DNA of 64,000 bases from Anaerolineae bacterium (lineage in GTDB: Bacteria > Chloroflexota > Anaerolineae > UBA4142), in contig DAOUAL010000004.1 in assembly GCA_034433515.1 (NCBI GenBank), positions 48,697 through 112,696 of the forward strand, read 5' to 3'. Positions 45,893 through 54,739 of the stretch are shown in pieces. Position numbers and translations under genes: made by a program. The notes under the pieces are model-generated. The model was not told where the DNA came from. It made no database searches and saw nothing but the letters and a program-made list of their open reading frames with translations. The stretch's first letter is position 1; every line of letters starts with the position of its first letter.

Positions 45893-45925
45893 GTAGGGGC
45901 GAGGTTACCTCGCCCCCGCCCCTAC
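45893..45925 (+). repeat. GTAG-type REP palindrome upstream of RAYT
   Basis: GTAG-GGGCGAGG-TTA-CCTCGCCC; identical core at 46213-46239. Confidence 0.85.
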
Positions 45926-45941
45926 CACCGACGGATATGTT

Positions 45942-46463
45942 ATGAAATACGATCCATCAAAACATCATCGTCGTTCCATTCGTTTGAAAGATTATGATTA
46001 CAGTCAAGCCGGCGCATATTTTTTAACCATCGTCGTCCGGAATCACGAATGTTTGTTGGGCGATGTGGTGGATGGGGAAATGCGGGTAAACGGATTTGGC
46101 AAGATGGTCCAAAAATGCTGGGATGAATTGTCGGTGCATTATTCCAATGTGGAACTGGACGCGTTTGTGGTGATGCCCAATCATGTACACGGGATTGTGG
46201 TGATTGTGGACCGTAGGGGCGAGGTTACCTCGCCCCTACAATTGCATGATCAACCAACCTTGGGTCGAATAATCGGATATTTCAAATATCAATCTACCAA
46301 ACTCATCAACGAATTGCGTGGCACGCCAGGCGCGCCGGTATGGCAACGCAATTATTTCGAACACATCATCCGTAACGACCACGATTTCGAACGCATTCGT
46401 GAATACATTGCCTACAATCCTGTGGGTTGGCAAATGGATGATGAAAATCCCAACCACACATGA
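45942..46463 (+). mobile_element. REP-associated tyrosine transposase (RAYT, IS200-like HUH)
   Basis: HHRRSIRL..YDYSQ.GAYFLTI, MPNHVHGI (HUH), WQRNYFEHIIR and YIAYNP (catalytic Tyr). Confidence 0.93.
46213..46239 (+). repeat. REP inserted in-frame inside the RAYT gene
   Basis: GTAGGGGCGAGGTTACCTCGCCCCTAC, encoding RRGEVTSPLQ. Confidence 0.85.
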
Positions 46464-46497
46464 AAGCAAGAATATTCGCGTAACCGCGTCGAATAAA

Positions 46498-46530
46498 AAA
46501 CCTCGAAGGTTTCCAAACCCTTCGAGGTCT
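46498..46530. repeat. REP-like palindrome (AAACCTCGAAGG family)
   Basis: ACCTCGAAGG-TTTCCAAAC-CCTTCGAGGT; related to 63922-63954. Confidence 0.65.
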
Positions 46531-46541
46531 TGACTGTCTTC

Positions 46542-46590
46542 CTGCCTACTGCCTACCGCCTACCGCTTACCGCCTCCTGCCTTCTGCTTG
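46542..46590. repeat. Heptamer tandem repeat overlapping the trxB 3' end
   Basis: Seven C(T/C)GCCTA-like units; the trxB stop at 46560-46562 lies within them. Confidence 0.8.
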
Positions 46591-47510
46591 TGTTCCCACT
46601 CGGCTAGCCATTTCTCCGCTTCCATCTCCGCCATCGTGCCAAAGCCCGCGCTAACTACCGCTTGCCGGAAAATGTGATCGTGTGCTTCGCCGGCGGCAAA
46701 CACGCCCGGCACGCTCGTGTGCAAACGCTCGTCCACCTTGATGTACCCTTCCTCGTTCATTTCCAACTGACCCTTGAACAGCCACGTGTTCGGTGTGTGA
46801 CCGATGTACACAAAAATCCCTTGCGCGGGGAGTTCCGAGATGGCGTGCGTCTGCGTATTCTCCAACACCAGCGTTTCGACTTTGCCGTTGCCTTTGATCT
46901 CCTTGACGACCGAGTTCCACACAAAGTTGACTTTGGGATCGTTGCGCGCGCGCTCTTGCAAAATCGGTTGGGCGCGCAAGGCATCGCGGCGATGAATGAT
47001 GTGCACCTTGCTCGCAAACTTGGTCAGGAACAAACCTTCCTGCAACGCGCTATCGCCGCCGCCCACCACCGCAATTTCCTTGTTGCGGAAGAAAAAGCCA
47101 TCGCACGTCGCGCAGTACGAGACGCCGCGCCCGGCAAATTCCTTTTCGCCCGGCACGTTCAACTTGCGCGGCGATGCGCCGGTCGCCACGATGATCGCTT
47201 TAGCCGTGTACGCGCCGCCGCTTTCGGTTTTCAGCTCAAACGGATGCGTCTTGAAATTGACTTGGGTTACAATATCAATGACAATTCGCGCGCCAAATTT
47301 CTCGGCTTGCTTTTGCATCAATTGAACGAGTTCCGGTCCGGTGATACCATCCGGAAAGCCGGGATAATTTTCCACCTCGTTCGTCGTGGCAATTTGGCCC
47401 CCCACTTCTTGGCCGGTGAAAACGAGCGGATTGAGATTACCGCGTGCCGCGTAAATCGCCGCGCTCAAACCCGCTGGCCCAGAACCAATGATAATCAAAT
47501 TCTCTGTCAT
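46560..47510 (-). CDS. trxB: Thioredoxin-disulfide reductase
   Basis: IIGSGPAG, GVSYCATCDGFF, VVGGGDSA and HRRD. Confidence 0.97.
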   Translation of the reverse strand: MTENLIIIGSGPAGLSAAIYAARGNLNPLVFTGQEVGGQIATTNEVENYPGFPDGITGPELVQLMQKQAEKFGARIVIDIVTQVNFKTHPFELKTESGGAYTAKAIIVATGASPRKLNVPGEKEFAGRGVSYCATCDGFFFRNKEIAVVGGGDSALQEGLFLTKFASKVHIIHRRDALRAQPILQERARNDPKVNFVWNSVVKEIKGNGKVETLVLENTQTHAISELPAQGIFVYIGHTPNTWLFKGQLEMNEEGYIKVDERLHTSVPGVFAAGEAHDHIFRQAVVSAGFGTMAEMEAEKWLAEWEHKQKAGGGKR

Positions 47511-47546
47511 TCCCTTACCTCGCTACCATAACGTTGAACCTTGAAC

Positions 47547-48287
47547 TCATCCCAGGTCGCCCAACTCGTACAAAATCGCCGCCGCCGCCGCAAGCCCGGC
47601 GGTTTCCGCCCGCAAGATGCGGGGTCCCAATGAAACCGGTACAATACCATTCTCTTGCGCCATGATGATTTCATCTTCCGCAAACCCGCCTTCAGGTCCG
47701 ATGAAGAGATTGATTTCTTTGGGGCGCGGAATGATTTGCAATGCCTCGCGCAAGGTTCGATTGCGTTCTTCTTCCCATGGAATCAACGCCAAGCCACTGC
47801 GGCGCGCTTGCCCACACGCGTGTGCAAACAATGTTGGCGTTCCCAGGTGCGGCAGAATGGCGCGCCCGGCTTGTTCCGCCGCTTCAACAATGATGCGTTC
47901 CCAGCGTTCAAGCCGGGTCTCGCTCACATCATTCAGACTCCCCACCACACAACGCGCGGCAAGCACCGGCACAAAGGCACTGATGCCGATCTCGGTCCCC
48001 TTTTGCAACACCCAGTCGAACTTTTGTCCCTTCAGCAATCCTTGATACAACGTGATGCGCGTCGCGGGTTCCGTGTCCAACTGCCAGCGTTCGATGATGC
48101 GTGCGCGTACCGTGTCGCGATCCAGCGTAACCAATTCGGCTTGGTAGGCAAAGCCGGAATTGTCGAGCAGAATGACCTGGTCGCCGATTTGCATCCGCAA
48201 CACATCGCGAATCTGATGCACGAGGGTGCCACGCAAGACCACCCGTTGATCATGAATCGAGTTCGCCGGAATAAAAAAGCGATGCAT
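47547..48287 (-). CDS. rsmE: 16S rRNA m3U1498 methyltransferase
   Basis: HQIRDVLRM, QKGTEIG, EAAEQAGR, IGPEGG and LGPRILRAETA. Confidence 0.96.
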   Translation of the reverse strand: MHRFFIPANSIHDQRVVLRGTLVHQIRDVLRMQIGDQVILLDNSGFAYQAELVTLDRDTVRARIIERWQLDTEPATRITLYQGLLKGQKFDWVLQKGTEIGISAFVPVLAARCVVGSLNDVSETRLERWERIIVEAAEQAGRAILPHLGTPTLFAHACGQARRSGLALIPWEEERNRTLREALQIIPRPKEINLFIGPEGGFAEDEIIMAQENGIVPVSLGPRILRAETAGLAAAAAILYELGDLG

Positions 48288-48291
48288 CGGT

Positions 48292-49185
48292 TTACGCTTT
48301 ACTTTTCACGCCGATCACGGCTACCCAATCCTCTTCCTGCATCGTCTCGATTGTCGCGATGCCGACGGCATTGAACGCTTCGACCACCTCTTCCGTTTTG
48401 GATGCAAGAATGCCAGAGGCAATGATCTTGCCGGGCGAACGCAAAGCCGAAGCGAGGGTGGGCGCCAGATCACAAATCACTTCGGCAAGTATATTGATGC
48501 AGACGAGGTCAAATTGGTTACAATGTTTTTCGATGTCGAGCGTGCCATGTTCGATGCGGACGATATGTTCTGCGTGATTGAAGGCGATATTGCGCTTGGC
48601 GGTCTCGACCGCCACAAAATCGGTATCGAGTGCGAGGATTTCGCGCGCGCCAAGTTTAGCGGCAGTAATCGCAAGAATACCCGAACCGGTACCCACATCG
48701 AGGACGTGCGGCGTGCCGGTCAAATATTTTTCTAACGCGATCATGCACATTCGCGTGCTAGGATGCAAGCCGGTGCCGAACGCCATCCCGGGATCGAGTT
48801 CGATGACCAGATCACTTTCTTTGGGTGTATAGTCGAGCCAGGAAGGTTTGATGACAAGGTGCTGACCCAGATGCAGAATCGTGTAATATTTTTTCCACGC
48901 TTCGGCCCAATCTTCTTCGGCGAGTTCGCGCGTGCGCGGCGTGGACATGGCGCGCAGTTGGGCAAGATGCCAGAGGGCTTCTTCCGCGCGCGCGAGGTTG
49001 GCACGATCGGTTGCCGGAAAAAAAGCGCGGACGGTAAACGCCCGCGCCGGGTCAAGGGTCTCCCCGGGTTCTGGCAAAATCGTTTCTTCGATTGCTGCGC
49101 CGCCAGCAACCAATTCGTTGAGTAAAGCCGCGGCGGCTTCGGCGCCTTCCGCATCGGTTTGAATCGCGAGTTCGATCCAATTCAT
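48292..49185 (-). CDS. prmA: 50S ribosomal protein L11 methyltransferase
   Basis: EEDWAEAWKKYY, IKPSW, LDPGMAFGTGLHPST and LDVGTGSGIL. Confidence 0.96.
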   Translation of the reverse strand: MNWIELAIQTDAEGAEAAAALLNELVAGGAAIEETILPEPGETLDPARAFTVRAFFPATDRANLARAEEALWHLAQLRAMSTPRTRELAEEDWAEAWKKYYTILHLGQHLVIKPSWLDYTPKESDLVIELDPGMAFGTGLHPSTRMCMIALEKYLTGTPHVLDVGTGSGILAITAAKLGAREILALDTDFVAVETAKRNIAFNHAEHIVRIEHGTLDIEKHCNQFDLVCINILAEVICDLAPTLASALRSPGKIIASGILASKTEEVVEAFNAVGIATIETMQEEDWVAVIGVKSKA

Positions 49186-49210
49186 AGGGCGGGTTTCTCA
49201 AAGCGCGGGA

Positions 49211-50326
49211 TTATTTGAACCCATCCTTCACTTTGCTAAACACACTTTTGTCGCGTGAGTCGCCCGGTTGTTTTTCCAACGTCTTGCCAAATTCCCGCAA
49301 CAACTCTTTTTGCTTTTCGTTAAGTTTTTGCGGCACAACGATGTGCACCGTGACCAACAAATCGCCGCGCCCATTGCGCCGCAAGTGTGGCACGCCTTGT
49401 TCTTTGATGCGAAAGGTTTTGCCGTGTTGTGTGCCGGGCGGAATGGAAAGGGGAACTTCGCCTTCGGGCAGAACCGGCACGCGCACCTCATCGCCCAGCG
49501 CGGCTTGGACAAAATTGATCGGCAGATTGAGCAAGAGATCGTCGCCTTCGCGTTGGAAGAAGGGATGCTTTTTGACGCTGATGACGATGTAGAGATTGCC
49601 GGGCGGACCGCCGCGCGTGCCGGCTTCGCCTTCGCCGGCGAGTCGAATTTGTGTGCCATCGTCCACGCCGGCCGGAATCGTTACCTTGATTTTACGCGTA
49701 ACCTGAATGCGCTTGGCGCCCTTGCACGTATGGCACGGCGTCGAAACGATTTCACCTTCGCCTTCGCAACGGGGGCAGGTAGCCACGTTGACAAACGATC
49801 CAAAGATGGATTGCTGAACACGGCGCACTTCGCCGGAGCCGTTACATTGCGGGCAACGAATCGGCTGGGTGCCGGGTTCGGCGCCGCTCCCGCGACAGTT
49901 GGGGCACATCTCGAGGCGCGGGATTTCGATTTCTTTTTCGGTCCCAAAGAGGGCTTGCTCAAATTCGATGGTGAGGTTGTATTTGAGGTGCGCGCCCGGT
50001 TGCGGACCGCGCCGTGCCGCCGACCGCGCCCCCATTCCAAAGAATTCTTCAAAGATGTCGGCAAAGCCGCCAAAATCGGTGAAATCGCCAAAGCCACCTT
50101 GCGGTGGATTGTGACCGTAGCGATCGTACAACTGGCGTTTCTCCGGGTCCGACAAGACCTGATACGCCTCGCCGATCTCTTTGAATTTCTCTTCGGCTTC
50201 GCGGTTACCTTGGTTGGCGTCCGGGTGATATTGTTTGGCAAGCCGGCGAAACGCTTTTTTGATTTCGTCTTCGCTGGCGTTGCGATTCACGCCGAGAATT
50301 TCGTAATAATCCCGTTTGGTTGGCAC
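49211..50326 (-). CDS. dnaJ: Molecular chaperone DnaJ
   Basis: DYYEILG J-domain with HPD and four CxxCxGxG repeats. Start moved to GTG 50326. Confidence 0.96.
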   Translation of the reverse strand: MPTKRDYYEILGVNRNASEDEIKKAFRRLAKQYHPDANQGNREAEEKFKEIGEAYQVLSDPEKRQLYDRYGHNPPQGGFGDFTDFGGFADIFEEFFGMGARSAARRGPQPGAHLKYNLTIEFEQALFGTEKEIEIPRLEMCPNCRGSGAEPGTQPIRCPQCNGSGEVRRVQQSIFGSFVNVATCPRCEGEGEIVSTPCHTCKGAKRIQVTRKIKVTIPAGVDDGTQIRLAGEGEAGTRGGPPGNLYIVISVKKHPFFQREGDDLLLNLPINFVQAALGDEVRVPVLPEGEVPLSIPPGTQHGKTFRIKEQGVPHLRRNGRGDLLVTVHIVVPQKLNEKQKELLREFGKTLEKQPGDSRDKSVFSKVKDGFK

Positions 50327-50333
50327 GGCGGTT

Positions 50334-50362
50334 ATTATAGTCGAATCGTGTGGATGTGTAAA
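50334..50362 (-). promoter_or_regulatory. dnaJ promoter (leaderless)
   Basis: Minus strand TTTACA, 17 bp, TATAAT, then 7 nt to GTG. Confidence 0.7.
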
Positions 50363-50393
50363 GTAGAGACGAGTCGCCAACTCGTCTCTACTT
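50361..50393. repeat. REP-like perfect palindrome between divergent promoters
   Basis: AAGTAGAGACGAGT-CGCCA-ACTCGTCTCTACTT. Confidence 0.85.
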
Positions 50394-50437
50394 GACCTCC
50401 CACCGTATATGGTCTATAATTTAGCCAAGACTAAATT
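50392..50437 (+). promoter_or_regulatory. Promoter plus DtxR/MntR-type operator
   Basis: TTGACC, 17 bp, TATAAT. Palindrome AATTTAG-CCAAGA-CTAAATT (50418-50437) overlaps the -10 box. Confidence 0.75.
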
Positions 50438-50448
50438 TATATTTTGCC

Positions 50449-51189
50449 ATGTTAAAGAATAAACCGTTCAGTGCTGCCATCGAAGATTATCTCAAAGCTA
50501 TCTATGATTTGCACGCTACCACCCGCGCGGTGACCACTACCGCGCTCGCAACGGCGATGGGGGTCTCGGCCGCCTCCGCGACAAATATGCTCAAGAAACT
50601 CGCCGCGCTCAAGTTAGTGCGCCATGCGCCGTACTATGGCGCAGAACTCACGCCCGCCGGTGAGAAAATCGCGTTGGAAGTGGTACGGCATCATCGTCTC
50701 CTCGAAGCGTTTTTGTACGAGGTGCTGGGTATGCCTTGGGACGAGGTGCATGCTGAGGCGCACAAACTGGAGCATGTCTTGTCGGACAATCTGGAAGATC
50801 ACATCGCCGAATTTCTAGGCAATCCCACCGAAGACCCGCACGGCGATCCGATTCCAACCAAAACCGGGAACATTATCTCTTCGGCGCAACAATCTTTGGC
50901 AGACCTGACCCCCGGCACGCGCGCCACCATTCGCCGGATTGGGGCGCAAGAGCCAGTCCGTTTACGGTATCTGCGCGGATTAGGCATCGTTCCCAACGCC
51001 ATCATCAGTCTCATCGAGCAGGCACCGTTTGAAGGTCCCGTGCGGGTACGCCTAAACAGGAGAGAGTGTAGTTTGGATTATGCGTTGGCGCAGCAGATTT
51101 GGGTTTCTTGCACACCGCCGGCGCCCCGCGCGAAAACAACGCTTGCCCGGTCGAGTGCTAAAAAGACTAGAACAGGAAAGATGAAATGA
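50449..51189 (+). CDS. DtxR/MntR-family metal-dependent repressor with C-terminal FeoA/SH3 domain
   Basis: IEDYLKAIY, RHHRLLEAFL, EAHKLEH and DPHGDPIP. Confidence 0.93.
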   Translation: MLKNKPFSAAIEDYLKAIYDLHATTRAVTTTALATAMGVSAASATNMLKKLAALKLVRHAPYYGAELTPAGEKIALEVVRHHRLLEAFLYEVLGMPWDEVHAEAHKLEHVLSDNLEDHIAEFLGNPTEDPHGDPIPTKTGNIISSAQQSLADLTPGTRATIRRIGAQEPVRLRYLRGLGIVPNAIISLIEQAPFEGPVRVRLNRRECSLDYALAQQIWVSCTPPAPRAKTTLARSSAKKTRTGKMK

Positions 51190-52193
51190 TGGCCCCAAGT
51201 TTTGGATGGATTGCCATTGCCATTGTTCTGGGAGTAGTTTTCTTCCCGCGCGTTGGATTGTTCACCGTTTATAAAAATTATCGTGCCGCGCAGGAACGCG
51301 AGCAAGTGGAGGACGCGCTGAAACATTTACTTGACCGAGAACAAGAGGGACGGCACGCGTCCCCGGAATCATTGGCAGGTACACTCGGTTTGACACGAGC
51401 GCGTGTCATGCGTCTCATCGAAGGCATGGAAAATCAGGGCTTGCTTGATTCGCGCGGGGCGGAATTGCATTTGACCGCTGAAGGAGAACGCTGGGCATTG
51501 CACGTCGTTCGCGCGCACCGTTTGTGGGAACGTTATCTGGCGGATGAAGCGCGGATGCCGCTGGGTCAAATCCATACCGAAGCGCATCGCCGCGAGCATC
51601 GTTTGACGGATACGCAACTCGATGAACTCGATGCAGCGCTAGGGCATCCCACGCGCGATCCCCACGGCGATCCCATTCCAACGCGCGAAGGTAAGATCAT
51701 TCAAGACAAGGGAACGCCGATTACCGCGTGGGAAATTGATGTGCCGGCACGCATTGTGCATCTGGAAGATGAACCCGCCTTAGCCTATCAACAAATCTTG
51801 GCAGCCGGGTTGTTCCTGGGACAGGATATTCGGATTCTCGAACGTACGGCGCAACGCATCGTGCTGAGCGACGGCGAGAATGAATATCGGTTGGCGCCCG
51901 CCGTCGCGTCGAACATTAGCGTGGCGGCGCTGCCGGAACGTGAACGCCTCAAGCGTACGGCGGTGCCGTTATCTGAACTGGCGCACCAGCAGCGTGCGGA
52001 AATTGTTATGCTCGATGACGCTTTGCAAGGATTTACGCGCCGGCGTTTTTTGGATTTGGGGTTGACGCCGGGAGCGCTCATCTATGCCGAACTCGATAAC
52101 TTTTTCAACGATCCGCGGGCGTACCGTATTCGCGGCACCTTGATTGCCTTGCGCAAAGATCAAGCCGCCCAGATTTGGGTCAAGCCCCTCTAG
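51186..52193 (+). CDS. Membrane-anchored DtxR-like protein with two FeoA domains
   Basis: N-terminal TM helix, EDALKHL, RAHRLWERYL, EAHRREH, DPHGDPIP; C-terminal RRRFLDLGLTPG...IRGTLIALR. Confidence 0.8.
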   Translation: MMAPSFGWIAIAIVLGVVFFPRVGLFTVYKNYRAAQEREQVEDALKHLLDREQEGRHASPESLAGTLGLTRARVMRLIEGMENQGLLDSRGAELHLTAEGERWALHVVRAHRLWERYLADEARMPLGQIHTEAHRREHRLTDTQLDELDAALGHPTRDPHGDPIPTREGKIIQDKGTPITAWEIDVPARIVHLEDEPALAYQQILAAGLFLGQDIRILERTAQRIVLSDGENEYRLAPAVASNISVAALPERERLKRTAVPLSELAHQQRAEIVMLDDALQGFTRRRFLDLGLTPGALIYAELDNFFNDPRAYRIRGTLIALRKDQAAQIWVKPL

Positions 52194-52326
52194 CAAGGAG
52201 TTGCTCATTCGCCGTTGGCGCACCCGCAGAGAGATGAAAAATAAGCGGGTGCGGTCGTAGTACGGCGATGGAGCGCCCGCGCGATGAATCGCACGACTAC
52301 AAACCTATTTTCAGAGGAGTATTCTC

Positions 52327-53163
52327 ATGACCAACCCAAAAATAAATTTACCCACCGATCATTGTGCCTCGTGTCCCGCCTTCACGCAACTGGAACAGAT
52401 GGGCATCAAGGTCGGTGATTTCGATCGGGTGGTGGCACTCGCCGGCAATCCGAACACCGGCAAGTCCACCCTCTTTAACGCGTTGACCGGTCTCAAACAA
52501 CATACCGGCAATTGGCCCGGCAAAACCGTCACGCGCGCCGAGGGTGGGTATCAATTCAACGGGGTGAAATATAAACTGGTTGATCTGCCGGGCACCTACT
52601 CACTACTCTCCGCCACGCAGGATGAAGAAGTAGCACGCGATTTTATCTTGTTTGGTCAACCTGATTGTACCGTCGTCGTTACCGATGCCACGGCGCTCGA
52701 ACGCAACTTGAATCTCGTGATGCAAGTGATGGAAATTACCGATCACGTGGTCGTCGCGGTCAACTTGATGGACGAAGCGCGCCGCAAAGGCATCGAGGTG
52801 GATACCCGCTCGCTGAGCCGCGACCTGGGCATTCCGGCAATTCCGATCACCGCGCGGACGGGGGAAGGCATCTCTATGTTGCTTTCCACCATCGCCGAGG
52901 TGATCGAAGGCAAGATCGTTACCAAGCCGTTGCGCGTGCAAGGCACGCCCGAATTTCAAAAGGCGGTCAACGAATTGGTGCCAATGATCCAAGCCCTGGT
53001 CCCCGGGATTCCCAATGCACGCTGGCTCGCCATTCGTTTGCTGGATGGCGATGCGCGTGTGCAAAAGGCAATTCAAAGCGGCGAACTGCGCGAGATCGTT
53101 GCGCGGCAACAGCACGCCGATGTGCAATTCAGTCGTCGGATATCCGTGGAAGGAAGGCAGTGA
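52327..53163 (+). CDS. feoB: FeoB N-terminal GTPase domain (split gene, part 1)
   Basis: G1 GNPNTGKS, G2 NWPGKT, G3 DLPG, G4 NLMD; N-terminal CASC. Confidence 0.92.
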   Translation: MTNPKINLPTDHCASCPAFTQLEQMGIKVGDFDRVVALAGNPNTGKSTLFNALTGLKQHTGNWPGKTVTRAEGGYQFNGVKYKLVDLPGTYSLLSATQDEEVARDFILFGQPDCTVVVTDATALERNLNLVMQVMEITDHVVVAVNLMDEARRKGIEVDTRSLSRDLGIPAIPITARTGEGISMLLSTIAEVIEGKIVTKPLRVQGTPEFQKAVNELVPMIQALVPGIPNARWLAIRLLDGDARVQKAIQSGELREIVARQQHADVQFSRRISVEGRQ

Positions 53164-54560
53164 TGAACGCGATCCAACCGAACGATATTCTCGCCAAAGC
53201 CGAAATCCTCCGGCACAATCTCTCCAGCGGCTTTCGCGATGAGATTGTCAAATCGCTCTATTCCGAAGCAGAGAAGATTGCGAACCGCGCCGTCAAATCC
53301 ACCAGCGCCAAGAAATATGACTGGGATCAAAAGATTGACCGCCTGGTCACGTCGCCGATCACGGGCTTGCCCATTATGCTCATGCTCCTCGGCATCATCA
53401 TTTGGCTCACGGTTTCGGGCGCAAACGTCGTTTCCGAAGCAATTGCGCTGGTGCTGTTCGGCATCGGCGATGGGGCGCGGGTGTTGTTCGTCAGTTGGAA
53501 CATTCCGTGGTGGATGACCGGTTTCATCTGGGATGGGGTGTATCGCGGTTTGGCATGGGTGGTCTCGGTGATGCTGCCCCCCATGGCGATCTTTTTCCCG
53601 GCATTTACCTTTCTCGAAGACCTGGGTTATCTCCCGCGCGTCGCGTTCAATCTCGATTGGTTGTATAAAAAAGCCGGAGCGCACGGCAAACAATCGTTGA
53701 CGATGGCGATGGGGTTTGGTTGTAATGCCGCCGGCGTGATTTCAACGCGCGTGATTGATTCGCCGCGCGAACGCTTGATTGCGATTCTCACCAACAACTT
53801 TGTCCCCTGCAACGGTCGCTTTCCCACCCTGATTATGCTGGCTACGGTTTTTGTGGCGGCTGGGTATAACGAGTTTTTCTCTTCGGTGATCGCCGCCGGC
53901 ACCGTGGTGGGCGTTGTGCTCATTGGCGTGGCATTTACCTTTGCCATGTCGTGGCTTTTATCACGAACGGTGCTCAAAGGAGAAGCCTCCGCTTTTACCC
54001 TCGAACTACCACCCTATCGTCGCCCAAACATTGCCCGCATTCTCTACACCTCGCTCATTGATCGTACTATCTTTGTCCTTTGGCGGGCGATGCAAACGGC
54101 GGCGCCCGCCGGCGCGGTCATTTGGATTTTGGCGAATGTCCCGTTTGGCAATTCGAACCTTGCGGCAGCCATCGCCCACTGGCTCAACCCTTTTGGTCTG
54201 CTGTTGGGACTCGATGGGGTCATTTTGCTCGCCTATGTCATCGCTATTCCGGCCAATGAAATCGTTGTCCCGACGATGATGATGATGTATATGGGTGCCG
54301 GCATGATGATGGATGCCCCCGCAACCGATCAAGCGATTCGTACCTTGCTGATCGAACAGAATGGCTGGACGATGCTCACGGCGGTGAACTTGATGCTGTT
54401 TGCATTGTTGCACAATCCTTGCGCCACGACGATCATCACGATTTACAAAGAAACCAAGTCGTACAAATGGGCAACCTTGAGCGTGGTTATCACCTTAGGG
54501 ACGGCGTTTTTGGTAACTTTTCTCACGGCAACCTTGGCGCGCTGGATGGGCTGGGCATAA
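53163..54560 (+). CDS. feoB: FeoB membrane (gate) domain (split gene, part 2)
   Basis: LEDLGYLPRVAF, MGFGCNA, PCNGRFP, ELPPYRRP and PCATT. ATG overlaps the upstream TGA (TGATG). Confidence 0.92.
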   Translation: MNAIQPNDILAKAEILRHNLSSGFRDEIVKSLYSEAEKIANRAVKSTSAKKYDWDQKIDRLVTSPITGLPIMLMLLGIIIWLTVSGANVVSEAIALVLFGIGDGARVLFVSWNIPWWMTGFIWDGVYRGLAWVVSVMLPPMAIFFPAFTFLEDLGYLPRVAFNLDWLYKKAGAHGKQSLTMAMGFGCNAAGVISTRVIDSPRERLIAILTNNFVPCNGRFPTLIMLATVFVAAGYNEFFSSVIAAGTVVGVVLIGVAFTFAMSWLLSRTVLKGEASAFTLELPPYRRPNIARILYTSLIDRTIFVLWRAMQTAAPAGAVIWILANVPFGNSNLAAAIAHWLNPFGLLLGLDGVILLAYVIAIPANEIVVPTMMMMYMGAGMMMDAPATDQAIRTLLIEQNGWTMLTAVNLMLFALLHNPCATTIITIYKETKSYKWATLSVVITLGTAFLVTFLTATLARWMGWA

Positions 54561-54578
54561 GCCAACAACGCGATGGTC

Positions 54579-54620
54579 AAGCGAGAAGGCGGGATTCTTG
54601 CCCGCCTTCTCGCTTTCTTT
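54579..54620 (+). terminator. Hairpin terminator after feoB
   Basis: AAGCGAGAAGGCGGG-ATTCTTG-CCCGCCTTCTCGCTT followed by TCTTT. Confidence 0.75.
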
Positions 54621-54647
54621 GTCAATTTGAGTTATCGAGGATATAAT
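54619..54647 (+). promoter_or_regulatory. galU operon promoter
   Basis: TTGTCA, 17 bp, TATAAT. Confidence 0.7.
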
Positions 54648-54739
54648 TCCGATGCATTTCCAATCCCTTCGCCGTGGCAAATCGTAAATTTGTCTTACGT
54701 TGGCAGAGGACTCGATCCCAAGCGGAGGCATCATCACCG

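Noticed and set aside
52205-52292. Metal-sensing riboswitch upstream of feoB
   Set aside because: Hairpins are present (GCACCCGC/GCGGGTGC and a GTAG/CTAC-bounded REP-like unit), but I see no NiCo or yybP-ykoY consensus. More likely REP debris.
52665-53162. 5' extension of the FeoB membrane ORF (possible frameshifted single gene)
   Set aside because: The extension is an off-frame reading of the GTPase gene. The TGATG coupling favours a separate start at 53163.
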